A stretch of DNA of 64,000 bases. It comes from Octopus bimaculoides. Taxonomy: Eukaryota. Each line of letters begins with the position of its first letter. Position 1 is the first letter of the stretch. The DNA lies in assembly GCF_001194135.2 (NCBI RefSeq), contig NC_068984.1, positions 117,782,406-117,846,405 of the forward strand. The letters run 5' to 3'. Position numbers and translations under genes: made by a program. The notes beneath the pieces are model-generated. The model searched no databases. It was not told the origin of the DNA and was given only the letters and a program-made list of their open reading frames with translations. Shown piece after piece: positions 23,222 through 36,058 of this stretch.

Positions 23222-23539
23222 TACACACACGTGTGTGTGTGTGTGTGTGTGTATGTATATATATATTCACACAGGTATATATAGATATACATGACACGTG
23301 CACAAATATATATGTACATATATAAACAAACAAAAACTATTATGAGGATTTTGCAGGTAATTAATTCTATAAGAGCTTCATTTTGGGAGTTATAACGTTG
23401 CGTACTGTGGTGGGATCATAATAATGAATCTATGAGCTCAGGAACAGCAAGAGGTGATACAAATGAAATGCAGCTTACATGCCCAAGGTCACAATGGGTA
23501 AAGTGAACCTGAACATGTTCAAACTTCGTCAGACTTCGG

Positions 23540-24310
23540 TGGCGGTGGCAGTGAGGGCAATGGTGGTGGTGGTGATGGTGATGGTGGTGATGTTTATGTG
23601 GGGGTGAGAGGAAGGATTGAAAAAAATGATGTATGGGGATGGGGAAGAGGTGCTGTTCTTCATTTCTTTGCTGAATGCGTTCAATGGCTTGAATAACTTG
23701 TTAATGCCAAATCCATAACACAAACTTTAAAAACGTAGGAAAGAAGGAAGAAGGTAAATGAAGGTGAGCCTTGAGACGCAATTAGTGATGACGCTAGACT
23801 CGACATTTACAGACTCTCCATCTGCTCTGCTCTACCTAACTGTACGAATTTATAATGACACTAATGATGGCACGAAAGGTGACAATGACGACGTCGATGA
23901 CGACGATGATGGTGATGATGACAATGGTGGTAGTGTTGATGATGATGATGACAATGGTGGTAGTGTTGATGATGATGATGACAATGGTGGTGGTAGTGGT
24001 GATGGTAGAGGTGGTGATGTTAGTGGTGGTGGTGGTGGTGCTGGTGGTGTGATGATTGTGATGACGATGATGATAGTGATGGTGACGATGGTGGTGATGG
24101 TATAGTGGTAGTTGGGGGTGATGATGCTGCTAATGATCATGATCATAATAATGATGACAGTGACAGTGGTGATGAGGTGGTGGTGGTAGGGGCGATGGTG
24201 ATGATTATAATGATGATGATGATGACGATGATGATGACGATGATGATGATGATGTTGAAGGCGATGATGATGATGAGGAATGCGATGCGGAAGGTTATGA
24301 TGGAATGAGG
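23540..24310. repeat. GAT/GGT-rich cryptic trinucleotide region with 30-bp internal duplications
   Basis: Mixed GAT/GAC/GGT triplets; GATGATGACAATGGTGGTAGT recurs three times at about 23914-24000. Confidence 0.85.
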
Positions 24311-24324
24311 ATGATCATTGTCAA

Positions 24325-24535
24325 ATGGAAGAGGGAACTAACACAAACACACACAAACATACACACACACACACACACAACAGGCTTCCACACAGTCACC
24401 ATGTACCAAATTCACTCACAAGGCATTGGTTGACGCAGGCTATGGTAGAAGACACTTGCCCAATGTGCCAAACAGTGAGACTGAACCCAAAACCACATGG
24501 TCACAAAGTGAGATTCTTAACCATATACCCAAACC
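24325..24535 (-). mobile_element. SINE family A, decayed 5' half
   Basis: AAATTCACTCACAAGGCATTGG...GAAGACACTTGCCCAA...CTGAACCC. Confidence 0.7.
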
Positions 24536-25164
24536 TATACTTATCTGTTTGAATATATACATCATGTAACTAGTATGCATTATCTCATATGCCTTGTTTA
24601 TTTAATGCCATAAGTTACACCCTAGGAATGTTTTACACATATGTACAATCCCATTAATGGTCAGTAATTATAAATTCTTAATTAACCTTGTCCTTTTTAG
24701 TTTTGTGAAGCTTAGATTTTCAAGATCATCGCTGAGTCAGTCGTTACATAGCCAAATGCCATCCCCACCTAATTATATGGCATTGTAGCTTTGGTAGGAA
24801 CAGAATTGAGCTCAATTCCTCTTTCTTTCTGTAGCAATTTGGTTGATCAAGCAAGGGATCAATTTGATATGCATACTGCAGCATGCAACAATTTGCTTAT
24901 GCCATCCTATTTGAAACGTATGCAGCCGATTAAATCATTGATAAATCTTCATTCTTTGTATTTTATATATATGTTGTTTGTACTCTGTGTAAGTTGGATC
25001 TATTAATACAAATATCTATATATCTATACTTAAATATTCGTTGCCTGAGAGTCTTCACTGTTTGCTTTCTCTTATTTTGCAGGTATGCATATATACATAT
25101 TTTGCATTTCATACTGATGCAGCACGGAATTTTGTCAGTGAACAGGTCGCGGTCTCAAAGCAAC

Positions 25165-25323
25165 GAAAATATTTCGACAAATTAAATTTAAATGTTGAAG
25201 TGAATCTAATGGTTTTTGTGTGTTATTTTAAATGGCTTATAAACACCTTCCAGGCTGCAATTGTTTTCGTTCCAGCACACGATCTTAGATCAGGTCACTT
25301 GCTATGCAAGTACATCTCCGTAA
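25165..25323 (+). repeat. unclassified dispersed repeat, copy 1
   Basis: About 158 bp, roughly 8 differences from 47816-47973. Confidence 0.85.
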
Positions 25324-25549
25324 TACTGAAACTGTTATATTCAATACATCTAATTTGTTCATCCACATAACTGCCCCCATATCTGCTCAACTTGATCCCT
25401 CTTATAGCCATTCTTTGCCCCATGGAATTAATACCCTGTGAAGACATTGGAGTCTAAGTTTGAATCATTTGAGCACTACAGTCTTCTATACTGAGAATCT
25501 CTGGATCTCATCTGTAGACTATATATATATATATATATANNNNNNNNNN

Positions 25550-25587
<38 letters not shown>

Positions 25588-26574
25588 TATACAGAAAGAG
25601 AGAGAGAGTTATGACCCATGTGTACTATAAACAGAGATGTCTATAAACAAGTATACATAGGTATACACAGAAACAAATTTTTAAAAAAACATCCTGTAAA
25701 AATTAGGTTGTAGTATATATTGAATATATATTACTGTATATATGTAAGTTATTTTGCCAGTGAGAATTAATTGGTGGAATTGTTTTTGTGTGACGTGTGT
25801 GTATACATGTTGGTGTTTTAATTCTTTATTTTGCTAGATTTTTTTCCTCCTGCTGGCCATGATAAAGTGCAAGAACATATATACTCATATATGTGTGTAT
25901 GTGTGAGAGTGATATATATAAATATACACACACACACATATATATGTATATATATATGTGTGTATGCATATGTATTTATATATGTGTGTAGCTGCATATA
26001 TATGTGTGTGTGTGTACCCACACTCACACAAACATATATGCAGATACACACACACACACACACACATATGTAATTACAAGTTTCATGAGGCAATTAAATC
26101 TAAATATTACATCAGTAGCTTGTAATAGACCATCCATATATCCACTTCAGATACTGTCAAGTATATAATATTTTTTTTATTTCATTCTATTTTTCTGCCT
26201 GTCGTATAATACCAAGCAGTGCAGGATGATGGTGGAGTGACAGTCTCATAATAAATTATTAAAATGGTTTTATCTTCGGGGCTCCATGCATTTCATGTTC
26301 TGTTTTCTAAATCTATCACATATTCTTTCATTTATTCTGTTTTGTTAATGCATTTGCTTACAATAGAATGTTTTGTTTGTTGCCATTATTATTATTATTT
26401 TCCTTCTGGTTATTATTTTCTTCTAAATAGTCTTGCATGGCATTATTTGTTGTGATATTTGTAGAATTCTTTTGTACTTTATTTGAAGAAGTGTAAAATC
26501 TGAATAATAGCCTCATTGGGTTTTTGAACCTATTTAGACTTTCACAAATCATTATTAAAATTCAAGTATCTGTG

Positions 26575-26620
<46 letters not shown>

Positions 26621-26971
26621 ATGAATATACATGCACACATATACATATATACAGAAAGAGAGAGAGGGCATACACACACACNNNNNNNNNNNNNNNNNNN
26701 NNNNNNNNNNNNNNNNNNNNNNNNNNNNNNNNNNNNNNNNNNNNNNNNNNNNNNNNNNNNNNNNNNNNNNNNNNNNNNNNNNNNNNNNNNNNNNNNNNNN
26801 NNNNNNNNNNNNNNNNNNNNNNNNNNNNNNNNNNNNNNNNNNNNNNNNNNNNNNNNNNNNNNNNNNNNNNNNNNNNNNNNNNNNNNNNNNNNNNNNNNNN
26901 NNNNNNNNNNNNNNNNNNNNNNNNNNNNNNNNNNNNNNATATATATATATATATATAATATATGTACGACA

Positions 26972-27055
26972 CTTATTCAAGGTACCACACAGTGGGAGTG
27001 AACCCAAAACCACAGGATCGGAAAGTAGACTTCTTAACCACACACCCATGCCAGT
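26972..27055 (-). mobile_element. SINE family A head fragment
   Basis: GACACTTATTCAAGGTACCACACAGTGGGAGTGAACCC...CTTAACCACAC. Confidence 0.6.
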
Positions 27056-27603
27056 GAATGTTTTGTAAAAAAAGAAACAGATTTCATTAACATTAACAAG
27101 TTCAAATGCAAATCTGACTATAGTGCTGTTTACTCTTATCATTAATTTCTAAACATCTACATATTTATATTGTAATTATCAGCATATCATCACTATATCT
27201 ATAAAAGCCTTGTTTTATTTGTGGCATAAATTGAAGTATAATTTTTTCCCAGTATTATACATGTAAATGTCTGTAAATGTAGATTCCAAATGGTTTTCTA
27301 TAATAATGCCATTAAAATGAACGGGGAATTATGTTATGGAATATTAATAATATATGTTGTGCAAAATTTTGATAGCTTTGAAGTTATTATGTGAAATGTG
27401 AAGAGGAGGTTAGTTGGTGTAAAATATTTTCACATGTTACTGGGAACATTCACTAATGTATGTGATTTTTTCCCTTCTCTGATATGTTTTACTTAACAAC
27501 TTAACCAGATTTAACATGCTACAACCATTGGCTCACGTGTACCATGTTCCAAACATTATATACAAATATATAATATGTATATAATATGTGTATGCACATA
27601 TAA

Positions 27604-27646
<43 letters not shown>

Positions 27647-28710
27647 NNNNNNNNNNNNNNNNNNNNNNNNNNNNNNNNNNNNNNNNNNNNNNNNNNNNNN
27701 NNNNNNNNNNNNNNNNNNNNNNNNNNNNNNNNNNNNNNNNNNNNNNNNNNNNNNNNNNNNNNNNNNNNNNNNNNNNNNNNNNNNNNNNNNNNNNNNNNNN
27801 NNNNNNNNNNNNNNNNNNNNNNNNNNNNNNNNNNNNNNNNNNNNNNNNNNNNNNNNNNNNNNNNNNNNNNNNNNNNNNNNNNNNNNNNNNNNNNNNNNNN
27901 NNNNNNNNNNNNNNNNNNNNNNNNNNNNNNNNNNNNNNNNNNNNNNNNNNNNNNNNNNNNNNNNNNNNNNNNNNNNNNNNNNNNNNNNNNNNNNNNNNNN
28001 NNNNNNNNNNNNNNNNNNNNNNNNNNNNNTATATATACATACATGTATAGACAAACATACACATACACACATACTGGATTCTACACAAGCTCTTTCTTCT
28101 TTATTGCACTTCTACTGCTACTAAAACAACATCTACTCTTCTTTAACTAGCAAGCTGTCAATCAACTTCATTCTGACCCACCCAAAGCATTTATCTTCAT
28201 TCCACTCATTATTTCCAACATATTTCATCCTGTCTGCTCTCAGACCCTGCAGTAAATATTTCACTTTTAAATTTCATCACACATCTCCACATGTGGCAAC
28301 ATTCTGAAATTCCTTCGCTGCCTTCGTGTTACTGTCCTCGCTGCTTGGCTCCAAATCAGCTCTGATTAGACAAATCTAAGTTAAAATACGTTCCATCCTT
28401 GACCCTCCCTTCTTGATTCTAAAATTAAGTGCATCCTGGATAATGCTATAAAATGCCACTTTTTTATCAACATGTCAACAAGACATTTAAAGGAGATTCA
28501 ACTGCTATTTCTAGTAAGTTAAGCAATGTCACAGAAGCATATTTTTCAGCTTGTCCCTTCCTATATTTTTGTTACAAGCACTGACCTATAAAAGTTTAAT
28601 TAAAATAACTCCTCCTCTGACAAATTAATTAGAAATAAAAACATACAAATAAAATGAAGGTAACACAAAGTACATGTATGTATTCATATATATACATAAA
28701 TATATACATA

Positions 28711-28751
<41 letters not shown>

Positions 28752-29036
28752 TTTTCCAACACTAAATGATATAGAGATTGAAAATGTTGGTAAGATTAAT
28801 TGGAAACTTCATGAAATATGCCAAGTGAGACAATATAACAAAGTATATCTTTAATATACCGCATACACTTGAAAAAAATCAAATCAGTAATTAATCAACT
28901 TTTAATGAAATGTTCATCAAAAGTAATGTAAGCCATACACGTAAGAGATACTTAATGAAGCTTCTCTTTGCAAAACACCCACAAAAACACATACACCTCT
29001 CCACATATATATACTATTATACATACATATAAATGT

Positions 29037-29425
29037 GTTGTTGTTGGCACTCCGTCACTTACGACGTCGAGGGTTCCAGTTGATCCGATCAATGGAACAG
29101 CCTGCTCGTGAAATTAACGTGCAAGTGGCTGAGCACTCCACAGACACGTGTACCCTTAACGTAATTCTCGGGGGATATTCAGCGTGACACAGTGTGACAA
29201 GGCTGACCCCTTGAATTACAGGCACAACAGAAACAGGAAGTAAGAGGGAGAGAAAGTTGTGGTGAAAGAGTACAGCAGGGTTCGTCACCATCCCCTGCCG
29301 GAGCCTCATGGAGCTTTAGGTGTTTTCACTCAATAAACACTCACAACGCCTGGTCTGGGAATCGAAACCACGATCCTATGACCGCGAGTCCGCTACCCTA
29401 ACCACTGGGCCATTGCGCCTCCACT
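29037..29425 (-). mobile_element. SINE family D3 (distinct head and middle, D2 3' module, (CAA)n tail), full length
   Basis: Reverse complement GGAGGCGCAATGGCCCAGTGGTTAGGG...GTTTCGATTCCC...GTGCTCAGCCACTTGCACG...GACGGAGTGCCAACAACAAC. Confidence 0.9.
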
Positions 29426-29945
29426 CATATAAATGTACACAGACATATACATATATTAGTGTGCCTGTATTGGTATTATATATTATTATGAAATCCCTTA
29501 TGTACAGATATGATACTTGTTGGTAGTAGTTGGCAGTGATATCAGTCCAGCTTTGTGTTATGAAAGAAATAATGGTCCAGCCGTTAGTATAATATTATCA
29601 TAACAAGAAAGCATGGTTCGCTGTTAAAGTCTTTAATGATGGCTTTTTACATGCACTTCATTCTTGCAGTCCTACAATTCGTAAATATTACAAGGAAAAT
29701 ATCCTCAAGCTTTCAGCTGATGAGGTGAAGCTGCTACTAATTTTAGTAGCCCACTTGGCTACCTATGTGGTGACCAGCTTCTCTATAACAATAAAAAGGT
29801 AAAGAGTATATTCTTACCATTCACTGTTGTGCTATTAAACATTTTGTCAACATGCTAATGGTTAGCTCACTGCTTTGAAGACCAACTTAATGATGAGTTA
29901 TTTTACTAATTCTTCATTATTTTAAAAAAGAACTAACTGAAACAA

Positions 29946-30363
29946 AGGTGTAGGCGTGTAGTAAGAAGCTTACTCTCCAACCACATGATTCTGGATTCAG
30001 TCCCACTGCTTGGTACCATGGGCTAGCATCTTCTAATACAGCCTTGGGCCAACCAAAGCCTTGTGATTGGATTTGTTAGACAGAAACTGAAAGAAGCCCA
30101 TCATATATATACACACATATATATATATATGTATATATGTGTGTGTGTCTTTGTGTCTGTGTTTGTCCCCCCATCACTGCTTGAAAACCAGTGTGGGTGT
30201 GTCTCTGTAACGTAGTGGTTTGGCAAAAGAAACTAATAAAATAACTACTAGGCTTTAAAAGAAATAAGTCCTGGAGTCGATTTGCTTGACTAAGAGCCTT
30301 CAGGGTTGTGCTCCAGCATGGCCGTAGTCAAATGATTGTAACAAGTAAAAGAATAAAAGAATA
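29946..30363 (+). mobile_element. SINE family A
   Basis: Colinear, moderately diverged copy. Confidence 0.85.
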
Positions 30364-30439
30364 GAAGAATACAAGGTAGTGTATTTCAATAGAATTATGG
30401 TAACAGAAAGGTTAAAGCTCTTTATACATTGACATGTAT

Positions 30440-30585
30440 AATTAAATTCCACTGAAATCAACTTTACCTCTCATCCTTTTGAGATTGATAAAAATAAGTA
30501 CCAGCTGAACACTGGGGTCAACGTAATCAACTTTTCCTATCCCTAAAAATGCTGGGCTTATGCCAAAGTTTGAAACCATTACTAA
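30440..30585 (+). mobile_element. SINE family B fragment
   Basis: AAATTCCACTGAAATCAACTTT...AATAAGTACCAGCTGAACACTGGGGTCAA. Confidence 0.68.
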
Positions 30586-31002
30586 GTTGGTCTTCAGAAC
30601 ATAAATTAACATGAAGTTTTGATGAGAGGTTTAAATTTAGATCGCTTGCTTTGAAACAGGATGCTTGTATCATAAAGCGAAGGAGTGTTTCTCAGACAGG
30701 TTGGTATCAGAAAGGTTAAGGGAAAGTCATTATCCTAAAGCATTATAAATATACAATTGAAACCTGACTCATTCTTCAAGCCAGTTCATCCCATCCTTAC
30801 TGCAGCCGTGGATTTTATTGATGACCAGCCTGCAGCTGACTCAACTTCGTCTCAGTTACTTCAGGTTTTTATGTATGGGAGGTAAAGACCATAGATCAAC
30901 TGAATTGTTCCTTAATATCAAGCTCAACTGTCATCTACCACAAGTAAATGAAATTAATAATCTATGGTATTAATACACTTTTTAAAAATATTTTTATACA
31001 TT

Positions 31003-31240
31003 CATTTCTTTATTGCCCACAGGGGAGGGGTGCTAAACATAGAGGGGACACACAAGGACAGACAAAGGGATTAAGTCGATTACATTGACCCCAGTGCATA
31101 ACTGGTACTTATTTAATTGACCCGAAAGGATGAAAGGCAAAGTCGACCACAGCGGAATTTGAACTCAGAACATAACAGCAGACGAAATACTGCTAAGCAT
31201 TCCACCCAGCGTGCTAACAATTCTGCCAGCTCACCGCCTT
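31003..31240 (-). mobile_element. SINE family B, full length, alternative tail
   Basis: Reverse complement; tail matches that of 8262-8500. Confidence 0.87.
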
Positions 31241-31342
31241 ATAAATATTTTTATATATTGTAATGTTGAATATTTCTTAAAATATATATTTACATATTCT
31301 CTATAGTTGTATGAACCTTACAACATTTTCTGTCATTTTGCT

Positions 31343-31382
<40 letters not shown>

Positions 31383-31386
<4 letters not shown>

Positions 31387-31712
31387 ATTTTGAGCGTAGC
31401 CGTTGCCAGTACCGCCTGACTGGCTCCCGTAGGATTTTCGAGTGAGATCGTTGCCAGTGCCCCTGGACTGGCTTGTGCGGGTGGCACATAAAAGACACCA
31501 TTTCGAGCGTGGCCGTTTTCGTGCGGGTGACACGTAAAAGCACCCACTACACTCTCTGAGTGGTTGGCGTTAGGAAGGGCATCCAGCTGTAGAAACTCTG
31601 CCAAATCAGACTGGAGCCTGGTGTTGCCATCCGGTTTCACCAGTCCTCAGTCAAATCGTCCAACCCATGCTAGCATGGAAAGCGGACGTTAAACGATGAT
31701 GATGATGATGAT
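31383..31712 (+). mobile_element. family C, young copy with tandem hairpin units
   Basis: GTTGGCGTTAGGAAGGGCATCCAGCTGTAGAAAC...CCAACCCATGCTAGCATGGAAAGCGGACGTTAAACG(ATG)n. Confidence 0.9.
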
Positions 31713-32632
31713 GATATATCAGATGCAACACCAGGTCATCAGCGTCACTTGGGCTCATCACAGAATTTCACAGTTATGCGCAATATTCCTAGCCCCAAAT
31801 GGATTATTTTTTATATCTAGCGCAATGTCTTTCTCCATTTCTCAGTTAAGAGTAAAAATAAAGCAACCCTGCAAGGCTCAACAATCAAATAACAACATCA
31901 CCGATCTGACAGTCATCGTTATTCTTGACAAGAGATGTCAGTTACTCTTTTACACCTACCGGACACGTTTGTATTAACCCGAGTTGCTGGATAAGTTTTT
32001 ATTCCTTTAAGGATTTTATAGAGCAGAAACTTTTCATAGATTGGAATTTAAATCCTAATCTTTATAGAAATTTATTGTCTCAAGAAAACATTGAATTGAA
32101 TTACTTTTAATTTTTACAATTATAGATAACAACTCGGGCTGTAAATTCTGAGCCCAAGTCAGTGTGTGAGAACGATGTCAAGAGAATATCTGCTACGAAT
32201 GATATTTTTTGATACAGGGCACCTCTAAGACACCACCAGATGGTGAACGAAAAGAAATGAACTGTGATGGATGAGGCTCAATAAAAGGAGCTTGAGTTAT
32301 TGACCTGCAATTACATACTTGAAGTCAGTGTTGGCAGAAATTAAATCAGCTTGCAAATACATGTTCACTTTACTAAATTTATACTCGGGTTAAGCCCAAA
32401 CAACCTGAGTTCTGAAGTTGCCAATGATATATATATATTCAGTGCACAATAAACATACATATATAAAGAAACAAAAGATGGGCAATTATAGATGATATGT
32501 ATATATANNNNNNNNNNNNNNNNNNNNNNNNNNNNNNNNNNNNNNNNNNNNNNNNNNNNNNNNNNNNNNNNNNNNNNNNNNNNNNNNNNNNNNNNNNNNN
32601 NNNNNNNNTATATATATATATATATATATATA

Positions 32633-32823
32633 TTCGTGCGGGTGACACGTAAAAGCACCCACTACACTCTCTGAGTGGTTGGCGTTAGGAAGGGCATCCA
32701 GCTGTAGAAACTCTGCCAAATTAGATTGGAGCCTGGTGTTGCCATCCGGTTTCACCAGTCCTCAGTCAAATCGTCCAACCCATGCTAGCATGGAAAGCGG
32801 ACGTTAAACGATGATGATGATGA
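32633..32823 (+). mobile_element. family C, young 5'-truncated copy
   Basis: Only two substitutions seen relative to 31519-31710. Confidence 0.9.
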
Positions 32824-33127
32824 TATATATATATTCAGTGCACAATAAACATACATATATAAAGAAACAAAAGATGGGCAATTATAGATGATATGTATAT
32901 ATATATATCATCTCATATAAATGAATTCCTACCGTTTACAATAGTTTGTCCATCTTTTGTCTCATTATTAGTTGGTCAAGCTAAGAATTTCCTATGGCCA
33001 GCTATTGTTCTGCAAGACTAATTTACCCTAATTAGTAAGTTAGAGTTTAAGAATCCAACCAGTCCAAGTACTAATTTGATGGGTGCTTATCTATTTTACG
33101 TTTAGATTTACAACTTTTCAGAGTATA

Positions 33128-33166
<39 letters not shown>

Positions 33167-33211
33167 AATATATGATGATAATGATAATGATGATGATGAT
33201 GATGATATATA

Positions 33212-33638
33212 CCGTAAATCCTCGAGTATAATCCACATTTTTTTCCCCAAATTTAATGGTCAAAATCTTTCGTGCGTACTATATACGAGGTTAAAAATAA
33301 AAAGTATTTTCTAGGCAAAGAGTTCTTAGTGGTAAATATGTAAAGTCAATTTACTTAATATTTATTTTTCACTGACGTTATTACTGTTATTTCTTTATTT
33401 TCTGCAAACAAAGTGTACAAAAAAGTTAAACATTTGCATTATGTTATATATATACAATAATAATAAAGGACATTACCGTGTATATGTTTACAAACCAAGG
33501 ACTTTATATAGACCTCCTTGACTCAAGTTACAGAAGGGGTGTGAATTATAAACAAGGTTTAAGTTTTTCAGAGGTACCGCCCACTAAAAATCCCCTGCGT
33601 ATTATACTCAAGGGCGGACTATACTTGAGGATTTACGG
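33212..33638. mobile_element. MITE, Tc1/mariner superfamily (CCGTA termini, Tc2-like)
   Basis: TIRs CCGTAAATCCTCGAGTATAATCC and GGACTATACTTGAGGATTTACGG, flanked by TA on both sides; 427 bp, no ORF. Confidence 0.88.
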
Positions 33639-33884
33639 TATATAATATTTGAAACTGTTTGATTCAGCTCCATGTGACAAAGTCTTGTGAGCTTCTAACA
33701 GAAACCTGTCTCTTTCAGGCTTAAGTTATTGAATATATATATATCTGCACCGTCGGATGGTCCTGAACCAGTTGTTAAGTATCCCCACCTATGAGGAATT
33801 GATAGTAGATGTGTTGAAACAATTGTAGTGATTAATGAAAATTCTCTCATCTTCCATCTTCCATCTTTCATTTACCACATATAT

Positions 33885-33942
33885 ATACATAGACATGCAC
33901 ACGCACACACACGCACACACACGCACACATATGAGTATATAT

Positions 33943-33989
<47 letters not shown>

Positions 33990-34074
33990 CATATAGATAC
34001 ATACATACATATATATACATACATGCATACATATATATATACGTACATATATATACAAATATACATATATATAC

Positions 34075-34129
<55 letters not shown>

Positions 34130-34202
34130 CATATATATGCATACATACATACATATACATACATACATATACATATATATCTACATATATATATACATAT
34201 AT

Positions 34203-34243
<41 letters not shown>

Positions 34244-34255
34244 TATATATATACG

Positions 34256-34353
<98 letters not shown>

Positions 34354-34359
34354 TGTATG

Positions 34360-34407
<48 letters not shown>

Positions 34408-34410
34408 AAT
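33885..34410. repeat. long compound (TA/CATA/AG)n microsatellite
   Basis: Direct observation. Confidence 0.95.
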
Positions 34411-34895
34411 TAACACACACATTTGATAACTGGTTGACTCAGCTCCAATTACTTAAAGTTTGGTTGGTATACCACATGTCTACTTCAAGAGATATTTGGT
34501 AGCAGAGTGGAAGGAGTTTAAAAGAAATTGAAAAAGGTTTCTAGGTATTTACAAACCTACGAAACAGTGTAGGGCTGTGGTTGATTTCGCTATCGTAGCA
34601 ATAACTGGTGTTAGTATGTTAGCAAAAACAACTCATGTGTTTGAACCGATCGCTAAAGACTTATATACATAGAAGCCATTTTGAATTTCTTTTAAATTCT
34701 CTTTAGTCTCTTTCTAAACACTTGATGAGATGGACATGTCCTATGCATGGGTATATTCAAGTAATATGGAACTGAGTGATGGTTGGGCATGGAGAACACA
34801 AGGAAGATATTGGAATACAGGGGTTGCTACGGTAAGAAGAAATGTATTGATATAGCTACAGTCTATATATATCAATATATATGTATGTATGTATG

Positions 34896-34939
<44 letters not shown>

Positions 34940-35461
34940 TTGGTGTTTTGACCTGCCATGAAATGTTCTGAAGAGTAGTGTGTTAGTCATGTGTGGGTGC
35001 ATGTGTGTGTGTGTTTTGTGTGTGTGTGTGTTTTATATATGTGTGATCAATGATGTAGCATCGATTATGTATCTAACATGGATTACGAAACAGCTGTCAA
35101 CTAATGGAATAAATATCTATTCTCTCACTTCACTTTTCTTATTTGATCAATGCAGAGATAGAGAGAAAGAGACAGACAGACAGAAAGACAGACATAGATA
35201 GATAGATAACAATAATGATATAGATATAGGTTCTATAGTTATTTACACACAGTAAAGTCCCGGTCTGGAGCCTTATGATAGTGTGGACTTCACTAGAGTC
35301 ACTCAATAATGTGCTAGCAAGGTGTTAAAAAGGTCGGATTATGTATGTGAACATACATAAGTGTTTAAAAGAGAAAGAAAGAGAGAGCATGTACAGTATG
35401 TGTAAGTTGTGTTTTGTGTGCATGTGTGGGTTGGTGTGCTTGTGCATCAACCAGTAAATGG

Positions 35462-35765
35462 AGATAATAGGGCTCACAGTCATGAGGTAGTGAGTTCAAT
35501 TCCTGAACTGGGCTGTCTGTTGTGCTCTTGAGCAAGACACTTTATTCCATGTTGCTCCACTTCACTCATCTATAGAAATGAGTTGCGATGTCACTGGCGC
35601 CAAGCTGTATTAACCTTTGCTTTTCCCTTGGAGAACACCAGTGGTATGGAGAGAAGAGGCTGGTATGCATGGGCAACTGCTGGTCTTATATAAACAGCCT
35701 TACCCAAAATTGTAGGGTAACTTTCTAGGTACAGTCCCATGGTCATTTATGACTGAAGGGGTTCT
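35462..35765 (+). mobile_element. SINE family D1, full length
   Basis: GAGTTCAATTCC...CTTGAGCAAGACACTTTATTCC...GTCACTGGCGCCAAGCTGTAT...GGGTAACTTTCTAGGT. Confidence 0.82.
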
Positions 35766-35821
35766 TTTCCCTTACCTTTACATAGAGATAGAAAGAAAAT
35801 AGAGACACAAAGATTATATTC

Positions 35822-36020
35822 AGCATGACTGTGTGGTAAGGAGCTTGCTTCCTAACCACATGGTTCTGGTCTCAATCCCATTGTGTGGCACCTTGGGTAA
35901 ATGTTTTCTATTATAGCCTCAGGCTGAGCAAAGCCTTATGAGTGCATTTGATAGAATGGAATGGAAACTGAAAGAAGCTTGTCATATATATATATATATA
36001 TATATATATANNNNNNNNNN

Positions 36021-36058
<38 letters not shown>

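Noticed and set aside
23758-24105. Asp/Gly-rich ORF suggesting an acidic biomineral or structural protein
   Set aside because: Lies within a GAT/GGT cryptic microsatellite where several frames are open by composition; no splice or domain support.
29340-29425. tRNA-like sequences with A and B boxes (heads of families A, B and D)
   Set aside because: No complete cloverleaf or clear anticodon arm, and each continues into a repeated SINE body; not called as tRNA genes.
33789-34422. Long Tyr/Ile/Cys/His ORFs
   Set aside because: Translations of TA/CATA compound microsatellite.
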